Notes: generated by a model from the sequence alone, not told the origin. A stretch of DNA of 52,023 nt from a candidate division WOR-3 bacterium (GCA_965649265.1 CBFGKC010000017.1:1-52023); one strand, 5' to 3'. Shown: positions 18,142 to 28,513, counted from the stretch's first letter. A program made the numbers and translations.

Positions 18142-19177
18142 ACAGGCCTACGAAGTTTTAACTGCCGGAAAGGTCGCGATACTTTCCACAGACACTGTGC
18201 CCGGACTGTTTGCCCTTGATACGCCGCGCTCGGAACAGATTCTTAAGGAGCTTAAAGGGAGGGATGAAGGGAAACCCATAGCGAGGATGTTCGGAAACCG
18301 TAAGCAGATACTCCAGAGAGTGAGGGTTGAGAATGAAATCCAGATTCGTGCTCTCGAAAGGCTTATGCCAGGAAGGATAACGGTGGTGTTCCCGTCCCTT
18401 GTTGACGGCGAGCCAGGTATTGGCACAAGGCTACCTATGGATTCAAGCTTGCGAGCGCTGATAAGGCTGACCGGCCCTCTGCTGGCTACATCAGCGAATT
18501 TCTCCGGCGACGATTCGGAGGTCATACCTGGTGAATTGATTGATAAGGCGGGTTTTGTTGATGAATCCGTGTTGATTCAGGACAGTTCTTTAAGGGTGGC
18601 ATCCACAGTTATTGGCCTGGAGGCGGGGAGACCGGTAATACTGCGCAAGGGTGCGGTACCTATATGGAGCATTGCCTTGAGACTTCACACTACGCCTTAC
18701 CTTCTCCCTCCATTGATGCTTAATATCATCTTCGTTTGCGGCGGCAATACTTGCCGGTCTCCCATGGCCGAGGCAATTTTCTCAGCCATGTGCTTCTCCG
18801 AAAGAGTTGCTGCCACGAGCGCAGGACTTTCCGCCGTGGAAGGTGAATCTGCCGCAACAAACGCAATTGAGATCGTCGAAGAACTCGGTTTATCATTATC
18901 TCACCATAGATCAAAGTTGTTATCGGAAGCTCTTGTCTCTTGGGCAGATTTAGTTTTGGTTATGACAAGAGAACATCTTTTGAGGGTGCGCCGTGAGTAC
19001 GGACAGTTCGCAGGGAGAATTTTTCTTCTAAGCGGTTTCCCTGAACCGTGGCCGCGCGGACACCAGATAGAAGATCCTATCGGACGCTCTAAGGCTATCT
19101 ACCGTGCAACGGCCATGGAAATTTCGTCAAGCATAGAAACGCTCAACAAGGAGATCGGCAAGCTCTTGAAATTGTGA
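18107..19177 (+). CDS. fusion of TsaC/YrdC threonylcarbamoyl-AMP synthase and LMW phosphatase (YwlE-like)
   Basis: N-terminal TDTVPGL, KGR..KP, ATSAN; C-terminal CGGNTCRSPMAE and EDPIG. Exact start uncertain. Confidence 0.85.
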   Translation: MSLFMLSPHAIEQAYEVLTAGKVAILSTDTVPGLFALDTPRSEQILKELKGRDEGKPIARMFGNRKQILQRVRVENEIQIRALERLMPGRITVVFPSLVDGEPGIGTRLPMDSSLRALIRLTGPLLATSANFSGDDSEVIPGELIDKAGFVDESVLIQDSSLRVASTVIGLEAGRPVILRKGAVPIWSIALRLHTTPYLLPPLMLNIIFVCGGNTCRSPMAEAIFSAMCFSERVAATSAGLSAVEGESAATNAIEIVEELGLSLSHHRSKLLSEALVSWADLVLVMTREHLLRVRREYGQFAGRIFLLSGFPEPWPRGHQIEDPIGRSKAIYRATAMEISSSIETLNKEIGKLLKL

Positions 19178-19194
19178 GCTTCGCCGAACGGGGC

Positions 19195-19222
19195 TTGACA
19201 AAACCCGCGATTTTCCTATAAT
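19195..19222 (+). promoter_or_regulatory. consensus promoter of HU gene
   Basis: TTGACA-16nt-TATAAT then AAGGAGGT RBS. Confidence 0.8.
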
Positions 19223-19253
19223 CTTCAACAACCTTTGTTAAGGAGGTGCACAA

Positions 19254-19526
19254 ATGACAAAGGCAGAATTAATAGATAAAATCGCCAGTGACGCGAAAAT
19301 CACGAAGAAAGCCGCCACAGTTGCCGTAGGCACCATGGTTGGAGAAATAACCAAGGCCCTTAAAAAGGGACAGAGAGTGCCTCTTGTGGGTTTTGGAACT
19401 TTCATGGTCCGCCGGACCAAGGCTCGTAAGGGTCGCAATCCCCGTACCGGTGAAGAGATCAAAATCAAAGCCGGCAAGCGCCCCGTATTCAAGCCTGGCA
19501 AGGCACTTCGTGACGCCGTTGCGTAA
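19254..19526 (+). CDS. hup: DNA-binding protein HU
   Basis: MTKAELI, GFGTF, GRNPRTGEEIKI, FKPGKALRDAV. Confidence 0.97.
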   Translation: MTKAELIDKIASDAKITKKAATVAVGTMVGEITKALKKGQRVPLVGFGTFMVRRTKARKGRNPRTGEEIKIKAGKRPVFKPGKALRDAVA

Positions 19527-19540
19527 AACTTCTGAGACTA

Positions 19541-19564
19541 AAGGGGGGCGCTCGCGCCCCCCTT
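19541..19564 (+). terminator. intrinsic terminator after hup
   Basis: aaggggggcg-ctcg-cgcccccctt followed by atctttt. Confidence 0.75.
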
Positions 19565-19590
19565 ATCTTTTAGTACCTCCCTATACTTCT

Positions 19591-20562
19591 TTGAAATGGA
19601 CAAGAAGCAGATTCTCGATACTCGATCAAAGATTGCTTCCTCTAGCCAAGCGTTATATTGAACTCTCCGATATTCCGTCAACTTGTGCCGCGATAAGTAC
19701 TCTTGCCGTCAGGGGAGCTCCACTCATAGGTGTAGCCGCCGCGCTTGCCGTGGCTCATGCCGCAAGGAAAGGTGCATCCAGAAGGGATCTCATAAAGGGG
19801 ATCGGTAAGCTTGCTTCAACGAGACCGACTGCCGTCAATCTTTTCGCAGCCCTGGAAGAGATGAAGGCCGTAGTCATGGAAGATGGAAGTGTGGGGACGA
19901 TTGTTGAACGTGCTCTATCTATATGGAAGAAAGAGGAAACGAACTCTTTTGAAATAATCAAGAACAGCCGGCGCCTGATTCACTCCGGAATGAGGGTAGG
20001 GACTTACTGTAATACAGGTTTACTTGCAGCCCCAGGGTTTGGAACCGCCCTAGGCGTCATTATTGCCGCACACCTGGACGGGAAAAAGATTGAAGTTATA
20101 GTGCCGGAGACTCGCCCCCTTCTTCAGGGAGCAAGGTTGACTGCGTGGGAGCTTTCAGAGTGGGGAGTGCCGTATCGACTGGTTACCGAATCCGCTCTCG
20201 CGAGCGTGGTAGGGACTCTGGACGCATGCTTTGTAGGGGCGGATAGAATTGCAGCGAACGGCGACACAGCCAACAAGGTGGGAACGTTCGGTCTTGCCAT
20301 ACTTTGCAACAGCTTCGGTGTTCCTTTTTATGTGGTAGCTCCTTCATCGACCATCGATTTGAAAATCAAAAACGGGGACTTAATACCCATTGAGCACCGT
20401 GCCGATCTTGAAGTTCTTTCCTTTAAGTCGTGCAGAATAGCCCCAAACGGTGCAAAAGCACTTAACCCTGCATTCGACGTCACGCCAGCTCGACTCATTA
20501 GGTCAATAATCACGGAGAGAGGTTCTTTGAAGCCACCCTATTCCCGTAGCCTCAGACAATGA
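19591..20562 (+). CDS. mtnA: methylthioribose-1-phosphate isomerase
   Basis: LDQRLLP, VRGAPLIG, RPTAVNL, ETRPLLQGARLTAWEL, GADRIAANGDTANKVG, NPAFDVTP. Start uncertain (TTG 19591). Confidence 0.92.
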   Translation: MKWTRSRFSILDQRLLPLAKRYIELSDIPSTCAAISTLAVRGAPLIGVAAALAVAHAARKGASRRDLIKGIGKLASTRPTAVNLFAALEEMKAVVMEDGSVGTIVERALSIWKKEETNSFEIIKNSRRLIHSGMRVGTYCNTGLLAAPGFGTALGVIIAAHLDGKKIEVIVPETRPLLQGARLTAWELSEWGVPYRLVTESALASVVGTLDACFVGADRIAANGDTANKVGTFGLAILCNSFGVPFYVVAPSSTIDLKIKNGDLIPIEHRADLEVLSFKSCRIAPNGAKALNPAFDVTPARLIRSIITERGSLKPPYSRSLRQ

Positions 20563-21857
20563 ACGTCCTGGCACTCTCGCTGATCCTTTTCGCTCAGCCG
20601 ATTCTTCCCGAACTTCCGATTCCACCAGAACTCGAGCCACATTCAGAGAGGCCTCTGGTGCTTCCTCTTGAAAATGACACGATAGGAATGGCCGTAATGC
20701 TGGGTTCGCCCTTAGGATTCGGTCTTTTTTTTAGACAGGATGGCCCAAAAATCACATACAGGGGAGAAGGCTCTTTTTTCGAGCGGCACGATTACTATTC
20801 GGGCATTGAGCGAAAGGCGAAGCTTTCATTGAAAAACATATTCAAACCTTTTCAATTAGGTACGACTGTTGATACTCGAAATTTCCTCAGCGAAGATAGC
20901 CGTTCTTTTTCTACAGCGTCCGTATTCGGTTTTATGCATCATTTAAACACTCTTACAGGTCTCGAATTGCAGGGTTGTAGATCCACGATGGCACTGGAGG
21001 AGAGAATAAGCGGTTCGGTGCTGGCGCGGCTTTTCTGGCAGGCACCTTGGTTCAACACCCTCTTTCATTTAAGGAGTTCCATAGAAAGCCAGTCTTTCAA
21101 CATGATAACCGATGGTATATTACAGTATCAGTCGGGATTCATCCTTTTGACACCCTCTATCCAGGCTAGGTTTCAGTCAGGAACGGAAAGAACACTCGGT
21201 GCCGGTGGGGGACTAAATGTTATCGCGGTATTTGGGAACCTGAGCCTTGAGGTTGACGGCCGATACTCGTACGCGCGACCCGTACTTCTGGACACTTTCC
21301 TGCTTGCTCCTGTCAAGGCGTCGCTTGATGCCGGCCTGGATAATCTACTTACGGGCGATCGCCTCTCTTTTGGACTAGGTTTTCAAGGTGTTGAAATGAA
21401 TCTTTTTGCGGCAAGGGGCGAGGATTTTTTCTGGACCGAGGATACTCTCGATTCGCTTCCTCTTCTTACTAACGTGCCTTTCTCGCGTTTGGGCGCTGAA
21501 GTAAAAATTAAACTTGAACGACCGTATCTCTCGAACAATGGCTTTCTCAGGTTATACTTCAACGAACCTGAAACACCGTGGACTCCCTTGTGGAGTTTTT
21601 CCGATTCTATGACCGCCCATTACGACCGCTTCGGTTTATTCGCAAAACTCGACGCGTGTGCTTCACTCTCTGCGGCAGGTGTGTATGAAGCTCCGTACGT
21701 AGTGGCGGGGGCGGGGATTTTCTATGAGATTGAACCCTTCCGGTTGTCTCTGCGGGTCGATGATATTCTGGACCGCCGGCCCCAGCTTTGGCCCGGGGTT
21801 GAATCAACGGGCCGCTGCATATCTTTGTTTGTTTCCCTCTTCTCGAGCAAGTGGTGA
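20559..21857 (+). CDS. hypothetical exported protein, probable outer-membrane beta-barrel
   Basis: Signal peptide, alternating beta-strand patterns, aromatic C-terminal residue. Confidence 0.6.
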   Translation: MNVLALSLILFAQPILPELPIPPELEPHSERPLVLPLENDTIGMAVMLGSPLGFGLFFRQDGPKITYRGEGSFFERHDYYSGIERKAKLSLKNIFKPFQLGTTVDTRNFLSEDSRSFSTASVFGFMHHLNTLTGLELQGCRSTMALEERISGSVLARLFWQAPWFNTLFHLRSSIESQSFNMITDGILQYQSGFILLTPSIQARFQSGTERTLGAGGGLNVIAVFGNLSLEVDGRYSYARPVLLDTFLLAPVKASLDAGLDNLLTGDRLSFGLGFQGVEMNLFAARGEDFFWTEDTLDSLPLLTNVPFSRLGAEVKIKLERPYLSNNGFLRLYFNEPETPWTPLWSFSDSMTAHYDRFGLFAKLDACASLSAAGVYEAPYVVAGAGIFYEIEPFRLSLRVDDILDRRPQLWPGVESTGRCISLFVSLFSSKW

Positions 21858-22645
21858 GGCTCCTTGGTGTCTTTGCGGCGTTTTGGCGTTTGAACGTCTT
21901 TCCTTAAATTTTCCAGCTCCTTTTCGGTTAAAGCTCGTGCTTTTCCCGAGGGGAGATCCCCTAGTTCAAGAGAACCGAGAGAAAGACGTACAAGGCTTAC
22001 GACGTGATGACCGAATTTTTCGAATATCCTGCGAATTTCGCGTTTGCGACCCTCATTTAGAGTGAGTTCAAGCTGGCGCGGCGAATGAATCCGTACGTCA
22101 ATGCTTGATGTCGGTCCGTCCTCGAGCATCACTCCACCCTTTTTAATTTGAATCAGTGTTTCCTGAGTAACCGGCCAATCAATGGTGACCAGGTACCTTT
22201 TTTTTACCTCGAATCGCGGATGCATTAATCGGTGTGCAAGCTCACCATCAGAAGTCAATAAAAGAAGACCTTCGCTCTCCTTGTCGAGACGGCCAACAGG
22301 GTAAAGGCGCGACGATGATTCGACGAGTTTAGTAACCATGATTTTATGATGAGGGTCGGCGGTAGAAGAAAGCACGCCTCGCGGTTTGTTCACGATCCAG
22401 TACTCAAATTTTTTCTTGAGCCAGGTTTTTCTCCTCTCGTCGTAAACCCCGCGCAGTGTTGCTCTGTAAAAGGGATGCATCCTGTCGTCCAGAACGACGA
22501 CTTCGTCGTTTTCCCTTATTACGTCTCCTGGTTGCGAAGGGCGGGAATTCAAAAGAATTCTTCCTTGCGTAATCCAGTACTCTATTTTACGACGCGAAGC
22601 TATTCCCCATGAGGCAAGAAACTTTTGAATCCTGTCGTACGGCAT
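21722..22645 (-). CDS. rluB: RsuA/RluB-family rRNA pseudouridine synthase
   Basis: S4 domain RIQKFLA..GIASRR, NKPRG, YPVGRLDKESEGLLLLT, EGRKREIRR. Confidence 0.88.
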   Translation of the reverse strand: MPYDRIQKFLASWGIASRRKIEYWITQGRILLNSRPSQPGDVIRENDEVVVLDDRMHPFYRATLRGVYDERRKTWLKKKFEYWIVNKPRGVLSSTADPHHKIMVTKLVESSSRLYPVGRLDKESEGLLLLTSDGELAHRLMHPRFEVKKRYLVTIDWPVTQETLIQIKKGGVMLEDGPTSSIDVRIHSPRQLELTLNEGRKREIRRIFEKFGHHVVSLVRLSLGSLELGDLPSGKARALTEKELENLRKDVQTPKRRKDTKEPHHLLEKRETNKDMQRPVDSTPGQSWGRRSRISSTRRDNRKGSIS

Positions 22646-22649
22646 CAAC

Positions 22650-24998
22650 TCATTTGATTAGCTGCAGTTTTCTTGTTATTTCAACACGCTGCCTGTCAAG
22701 CTGGACTTCAATGGAAGCCTGCTCGAGATAACGCCTGGCCTCGTCGGTTCTGCCCAAGAGATAGGCGGTCTCGGCGGCACCGATAAGGGCGTCAATCCTC
22801 GATTCGGAGCGCTCAGATAGCTTTGATGCTGCCTCGCGGTATGCCGCTAGTGCATCTTTAAGATTTCCAGACGCCTTGTCGATAGACGCTCTTTTCAGAA
22901 GATACTCCGGGGTTGCGCCGAATCTGTTGCGATAGCGTGTGGAATAATTTTCGGCGGAAACCAGATTTCCCCTTGCAAGTTCCACTTCCATTCCGAAAAG
23001 TAGTATCCTTTGAGCTATTTCGGCGGGAGGGTTTTCCGATAGAGCCGCGGAAGTAAGGTCGGCTGCCGTTTGGTTGTTGCCCTGAGAATAGTATATCTCA
23101 GCCATCTTTAGCGTGTAGGAGGACCGCTCGGAAGGAATTCTGGTTGATGAATAGAGAGTTCTATATATGGAGAGGGCCTCGGTTGAGCGGCCGAGTGACA
23201 ATAAAAGGGTGGCTATCTCTGTTTGCGAACGAGAGACTACAGGAGAAGACGGATAGCTGAGGGCTATCTGACGGTAAGTCTCTAGAGCATCGTCCGTCTG
23301 TCCGAGGCTGCGCTGGCAACGTGCCTTGTAATAAAGAGCTTCTGCTGCCGCGTCGGATTCTGGATATCGGTCAAGAAGCTTGTTAAGCTCATGAAGAGCC
23401 GTAACCCATTTGCGATTCTCGACGTAATCCAGGGCTATCTCAAGAGCTATCTGCGGAGCCTGGGCGGCGTCAGGATACAGCTCGAGGTAACTCTTCATCA
23501 TGCTTGCTTTGTCCTTATAGTATCCCATTGAAAGGCGTCTTTCTTCTATCGACAGAAGGAGGTCTTCTTTATCGTGCAGCGTGGGCGCTTCTTTTAATGC
23601 TTCACGGAATGAAGCCACGGCTTCGGTGTTATGTCCCGCGAGAGCCAGAACCTCTCCTCTTCGCTTCAGAGCCTTGAAATGAGAGGAACCTTCCTTTACC
23701 CTGGAGAGTTCCTCAGCCGCGTTCAAGTAGTCGCCTTTTCTGGCCAGGGCCTCACCGAGATAATAGTGCGTCTCATTTTCGATCACTTCATCTTTGGTTG
23801 CGGACAGGATTTTTTTAAGTATTTCTGTCGCTGAATCGGTCTCTCCGAGATAAAAAAAACTGCGGGCTTCAAGTAGCATTACAAGATCGGATGCGGAATA
23901 AAAGGGATAGTCCTTTATGAGTGCAGAACACACTTCAGCCGAGCGACTGTATCGCTTTCGAGTAAACTCGATTTCCGCAAGCTCGTTCAACAATCTAGGG
24001 CTGACTTTGGTTTCCAAAGCCAGACCCTTGCTTAGTTCGTCCACAGCCTTATCGTTTTGACCCCTCCCTCTTTCAATTAAAGAAAGTAATAGATATGCGT
24101 TCGGGATATAATTCCCTTCCGGGTACCGGGAAAGGTATTCTTTTGCCTTTACTTCAGCATCGTTGGCTTTCCCATACATATACAAAGCGATTGCCAGACC
24201 GTAGCATCCTTCCTCGCTTTCAATGCGACCGTAAAGAGCAACGGCTTCATCGAAGCGGCCTTCTTCGAGAGCAATCCTCGCCAGACTCAATTCTTTTCTC
24301 GTCGAGTCCTGCATTTGACCGAAATATGTCTTGGAATCCCCGAGACTGTCAGTAGCAAACGCGGCAAAACCGGCAAGGTAGAGTCCTTCTTCTCTGAACC
24401 ATGAATCCTTTGGATAATCGGAAACTCCGGCAAGTCGGGAGCGGACCTCATCGAGATCCGCAGTACGATAAGCTATCGATGCAAGGAGAAGATTCAGTTC
24501 TCCCTCGGGGAACTTGCCCCGATTCAAGTCCGCAAGATTCAAAAGTACATTGCGCGCACCCTCGTAATCACCTATTTTGTAGAGTGTCCAGCCTGAGTAA
24601 TACAGCAGTTCAACGGGAGGATTAGGATCAGAAACCAGTGCCTGGGAAAAGAATCTTCGCGCCGCTTCGTAGTCTTTTACAAAAAAGGCATCAATTCCCA
24701 GGAGCCAATTTGTTTGTCCTATGTCTCGATCGGAGATTGCCAGATTTTGAGCGCGGTGCAGAAGCGCCTTGGCAAGCTCCTCGTCACCGAGTTCAAGGCC
24801 AACCCTCGAACGCCTGACAAGGAATGCCAGATCCAGAGAGAGGCGCGGGTCCTCCATCACGGCTATGTTGTAAGTGAAGCTGGCCCCGCCTGGATTACCT
24901 CCCAGGGCGTATACGTCTCCCGAACGAATCAAGTCGCTTCCCCACAAGCCTCCGGAAAGAAGGAAGAGGAGGCTAAATCCGCACAGGTTTTTTGTCAA
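22650..24998 (-). CDS. large exported tetratricopeptide-repeat protein
   Basis: Many TPRs including BamD-like ..YP.S..A..A repeats; N-terminal hydrophobic segment after TTG at 24998. Confidence 0.85.
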   Translation of the reverse strand: MTKNLCGFSLLFLLSGGLWGSDLIRSGDVYALGGNPGGASFTYNIAVMEDPRLSLDLAFLVRRSRVGLELGDEELAKALLHRAQNLAISDRDIGQTNWLLGIDAFFVKDYEAARRFFSQALVSDPNPPVELLYYSGWTLYKIGDYEGARNVLLNLADLNRGKFPEGELNLLLASIAYRTADLDEVRSRLAGVSDYPKDSWFREEGLYLAGFAAFATDSLGDSKTYFGQMQDSTRKELSLARIALEEGRFDEAVALYGRIESEEGCYGLAIALYMYGKANDAEVKAKEYLSRYPEGNYIPNAYLLLSLIERGRGQNDKAVDELSKGLALETKVSPRLLNELAEIEFTRKRYSRSAEVCSALIKDYPFYSASDLVMLLEARSFFYLGETDSATEILKKILSATKDEVIENETHYYLGEALARKGDYLNAAEELSRVKEGSSHFKALKRRGEVLALAGHNTEAVASFREALKEAPTLHDKEDLLLSIEERRLSMGYYKDKASMMKSYLELYPDAAQAPQIALEIALDYVENRKWVTALHELNKLLDRYPESDAAAEALYYKARCQRSLGQTDDALETYRQIALSYPSSPVVSRSQTEIATLLLSLGRSTEALSIYRTLYSSTRIPSERSSYTLKMAEIYYSQGNNQTAADLTSAALSENPPAEIAQRILLFGMEVELARGNLVSAENYSTRYRNRFGATPEYLLKRASIDKASGNLKDALAAYREAASKLSERSESRIDALIGAAETAYLLGRTDEARRYLEQASIEVQLDRQRVEITRKLQLIK

Positions 24999-26685
24999 AC
25001 AGGTACCTCTTGACTTTCTGGGTTGTCGTCTTGGGCAGCTCCTCTTCACGCAACTCGAAATATTTTATACGCTTGTAGTCGGAAAGCTTTTCCGATTCCC
25101 TCGCAACCTCATCACGCATGAATTCTTCAAGCTGCTCCTGAGTCATTCCGGGTTTCGTCTGGTCGATTAATTCGTAGTTCGGAACAATGACGGCGTGAAC
25201 TTCTTCGCGGTTCGTCGATTCATTGTGGTATCCGTAAACAAGAATCTCGGATATGTAAGGGTTCTTGCTGACTACCGATTCTATCTCCTCCGGGTAGACA
25301 TTCTTTCCTGCCGCAGTAACAATCATGTTCTTGGCGCGGCCGGTGATGAATAGAAACCCTCGTTTGTCCAGCTTGCCGAGGTCGCCTGTGCGAAGCCACC
25401 CGTCCTCTGATAGAACGGCACGGGTAGCCTCCGGGTTCTTGTAGTAACCTTTCATCACCGAAGGTCCCTTAACCACGATCTCGCCGTTGCCTTGCTCGTC
25501 AGGGTCGTCAATGCGGACGTCTTCAAAGCCGGGAAGCATTGGTCCTACGGACGCGATGTCCATTATCTTGCCCCTGCTTACGGCGATGACGGGAGAGGCT
25601 TCGGTCATACCGTATCCCTGGAAAATAGGCAGACCGAGACGAGCCATGAAACTTCCTACCCAGGGCACAAGAGCCGCACCACCGGCCACAAGAAAGCGCA
25701 CCTTTTCCATGCCCAGGGCCTTGCGAACGGAAGAGAACATGGCTTTGGATATTCCCTTGGATATCTTTCCGAGGCCCATGCCCGTATTGAAAACAAGCTG
25801 CTTTAATGCCGGCGAGCTCTTGACGTTGCGCACGACGCCCTCGGCCATCTTCTCGTATAGAAGAGGTACGCCCAGAACTATGGTTGCGCCGTGCTTGCCC
25901 AAAGTCTCTATAATGTCTTTCGATTTGAGGCTGGGCGAAAAAGCAATCTTGGCGCCTACAGCGACCGGGCACAAGAAGCCGCACGTCGCCTCGAAGGAAT
26001 GGTGAAGCGGAAGGATGGACACGAACACGTCCGACGAATGGAAACCGAAGGACTCGAAAAGCCCGGAGATGTTGGACGCGATATTGCGATGCGTGAGCAT
26101 AACGCCTTTGGCCTGGCCCGTCGTACCTGAAGTATAAAGAATAGAGGCCAGGGCTTCAAGATCAACGGGAGGTTCGGGTGGGGTGAGTTTGGAGCCTTCG
26201 GAAATAAGTTTTTCAAAGGCGAGCCAGTTATTGCCCGGCTTTTCTTCAAATATGGAAATCTTCGTGAACTTCCTCTTGATCCCTGAAAGTGCCTCGTCTA
26301 TTGTCTCCGTGAACTCGTCAGTGGCTATAATGACGGAAGAATCGGAATCATCCAGGATGTGCCTTATTTCGGCCATCTTAAGCATCTTATCCAGGGGAAC
26401 GACAGTGGCACCAGTCCATTGGATAGCAAGATAGGAAAACTCCCAATCTGGACAGTTGTCGCCGATGACGGCAATCTTCATATCCTTTCTGGCTCCGAGT
26501 TTTGCAAGTGACGCCGCAAGGCTTTTGACTCGCGCAAGACCTTCTTCGTAATTGAATTGCTGCTTAACCTTTCCCCTCTCCATGTAGTAAAGCTCCTTGT
26601 CCTTGAACTTCTCCGCAGCTTTTAAAAATAAACGTGGTATGGTGTCCAGCTCAAGCGCCGGGAAAAAACGAGGTACATCAAGCAT
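24973..26685 (-). CDS. fadD: long-chain acyl-CoA synthetase
   Basis: YTSGTTGQAKG, QGYGMTE, GWLRTGDLG, GRAKN, LPKTTTQKVKR. Confidence 0.92.
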   Translation of the reverse strand: MLDVPRFFPALELDTIPRLFLKAAEKFKDKELYYMERGKVKQQFNYEEGLARVKSLAASLAKLGARKDMKIAVIGDNCPDWEFSYLAIQWTGATVVPLDKMLKMAEIRHILDDSDSSVIIATDEFTETIDEALSGIKRKFTKISIFEEKPGNNWLAFEKLISEGSKLTPPEPPVDLEALASILYTSGTTGQAKGVMLTHRNIASNISGLFESFGFHSSDVFVSILPLHHSFEATCGFLCPVAVGAKIAFSPSLKSKDIIETLGKHGATIVLGVPLLYEKMAEGVVRNVKSSPALKQLVFNTGMGLGKISKGISKAMFSSVRKALGMEKVRFLVAGGAALVPWVGSFMARLGLPIFQGYGMTEASPVIAVSRGKIMDIASVGPMLPGFEDVRIDDPDEQGNGEIVVKGPSVMKGYYKNPEATRAVLSEDGWLRTGDLGKLDKRGFLFITGRAKNMIVTAAGKNVYPEEIESVVSKNPYISEILVYGYHNESTNREEVHAVIVPNYELIDQTKPGMTQEQLEEFMRDEVARESEKLSDYKRIKYFELREEELPKTTTQKVKRYLFDKKPVRI

Positions 26686-26787
26686 CCTTACTCCTTCGCT
26701 GTTCTAAAAAAAGTTTATCCCGCTCACAGCAAATAAAGGCCTCCCTCAAAACACCGAATATTATCTTCTTAAAGGATGAATAGTCAA

Positions 26788-28488
26788 CTACACCTTTACA
26801 GGCTTCTTGTCAAAGAGATACCGTTTGATTTTCTTGGTCGTGGTCTTGGGCAACTCCTCCTCGTGAATCTCGAAGTGCTTGATACGCTTGTAATCTGCAA
26901 GCTTCTCGCACTCCTTCGAGACCTCGGCCCGCATGAACTCCTCGAGTTCGGCCTCGCTCATCTCGGGCTTTTCCGCATCAAGAAGTTCAAAGTTGGGAAC
27001 TACTATGGCGTGAACCTCTTCACGGCCTGTGGCGTCATTATGATAACCAATAACGAGAATCTCGGAGATGTAAGGATTCTGTCCCACTACGGCCTCTATC
27101 TCCTCGGGATAGACGTTCTTGCCCGCTGCGGTGACTATCATGTTCTTGGCGCGACCTGTGATGAAGAGAAACCCACGCTGGTCCACCCTGCCGAGATCGC
27201 CGGTTTTAAGCCAGCCGTCCTCGGACAATACCTCGCGCGTCGCTTCCTCGTTTTTGTAATACCCCTTCATGACCGATGGACCTCTGACCGCGATCTCGCC
27301 GTTGCCCATCTCATCCTGGTCGAGAATCTTAATTTCGAAACCGGGAAGGATGGGACCGACGGAGGCGTTGTCCGGATTGGCGAAACGGTTCACCGATATA
27401 ACGGGTGAAGTCTCGGTGAGCCCGTAACCCTGCAACACCGGCAGCCCCAGCCTTTCCATGAAGCTCGACGCCCACGGGGCGAGAGCGGCGGCTCCCGATA
27501 CAAGATAGCGTATCTTGTCCATGCCCATCGTCTTGCGGACGCTTGAAAACATGGCTTTCGAGATGCCCTTGGCGATTTTTCCTATGTTCATGCCCGCGTT
27601 GAACACAAAGCGTTTGAATGGGGGGGCTTCACGCACGTTTCGCTGCACGCCTTCGACTATCTTCTCGAAAAGAAGCGGCACACCCAGCATAAGGGTAACA
27701 CCGTTCTTTGCAAGGCTTTCGAGAATTTCCTTGGACTTGAGGGAAGGCGAGAAGACTATCTTGCAACCGCAGCAAAGCGGAAGGATGAAGCCGCAAGTGG
27801 CCTCAAAACTGTGATGCAGGGGGAGGACGGAAAGAAATATGTCCGATTCGTTAAAGTCTAGCACCTGATAGGCGCCCGAGACGTTCGAGGCGATGTTGCG
27901 GTGTGTCAGTATCACGCCCTTCGCCTGGCCCGTCGTTCCGGACGTGTAGAGGAGTGCCGCCATATCTTCAATATTATTGGGGGGTTCAATCGCCGTGAGT
28001 TCACAGCCCTCTGTTACAAGGGATTCGTGGGAAAGCCAACCCTTGGCAACCGTCCCTATTACTATCTTCTTGAGTTTGCGGTCAATCTCAGAGATTGCCT
28101 CATCGACCACCTCGACCGACGAGTTGGTGGAGATTATTCCTACCGACTCTGAGTTTCGGAGGATGTGACGTATTTCTGGAGCCTTAAGCATTCTGTCGAT
28201 AGGAACAACCACGCAGCCCGCCCACTGAATACCTAGATAACTCGCCTCCCAGTCAGGGCAGTTTTCGCCGATAAGACCGATCTTGTCTCCATGCTTGAAA
28301 CCCATTTTACGAAGTGATCGTGCGAGGTATTCGACCCTTTCACGCAGTTCTCTGTAAGTGAACTCTTGTCTTAAGTTGTCGCGTTCTACGAGAAGAGCGG
28401 CGTGTTCGGGATACGTCTCCGCCGCACGTCTGAACATCCTGGGAATGGTGTCTGTTTTCAAAGGGCCACGAACGGTCGGTATGTTCAT
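26788..28488 (-). CDS. fadD: long-chain acyl-CoA synthetase, tandem paralog
   Basis: YTSGTTGQAKG, QGYGLTE, GWLKTGDLG; colinear with the neighbouring gene. Confidence 0.92.
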   Translation of the reverse strand: MNIPTVRGPLKTDTIPRMFRRAAETYPEHAALLVERDNLRQEFTYRELRERVEYLARSLRKMGFKHGDKIGLIGENCPDWEASYLGIQWAGCVVVPIDRMLKAPEIRHILRNSESVGIISTNSSVEVVDEAISEIDRKLKKIVIGTVAKGWLSHESLVTEGCELTAIEPPNNIEDMAALLYTSGTTGQAKGVILTHRNIASNVSGAYQVLDFNESDIFLSVLPLHHSFEATCGFILPLCCGCKIVFSPSLKSKEILESLAKNGVTLMLGVPLLFEKIVEGVQRNVREAPPFKRFVFNAGMNIGKIAKGISKAMFSSVRKTMGMDKIRYLVSGAAALAPWASSFMERLGLPVLQGYGLTETSPVISVNRFANPDNASVGPILPGFEIKILDQDEMGNGEIAVRGPSVMKGYYKNEEATREVLSEDGWLKTGDLGRVDQRGFLFITGRAKNMIVTAAGKNVYPEEIEAVVGQNPYISEILVIGYHNDATGREEVHAIVVPNFELLDAEKPEMSEAELEEFMRAEVSKECEKLADYKRIKHFEIHEEELPKTTTKKIKRYLFDKKPVKV

Positions 28489-28513
28489 TTTGTCCTCCTA
28501 ATCATCAACTCAA

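Noticed and set aside
19384-19590. N-terminal extension of mtnA overlapping hup
   Set aside because: Runs through the HU gene and its terminator; not homologous to MtnA
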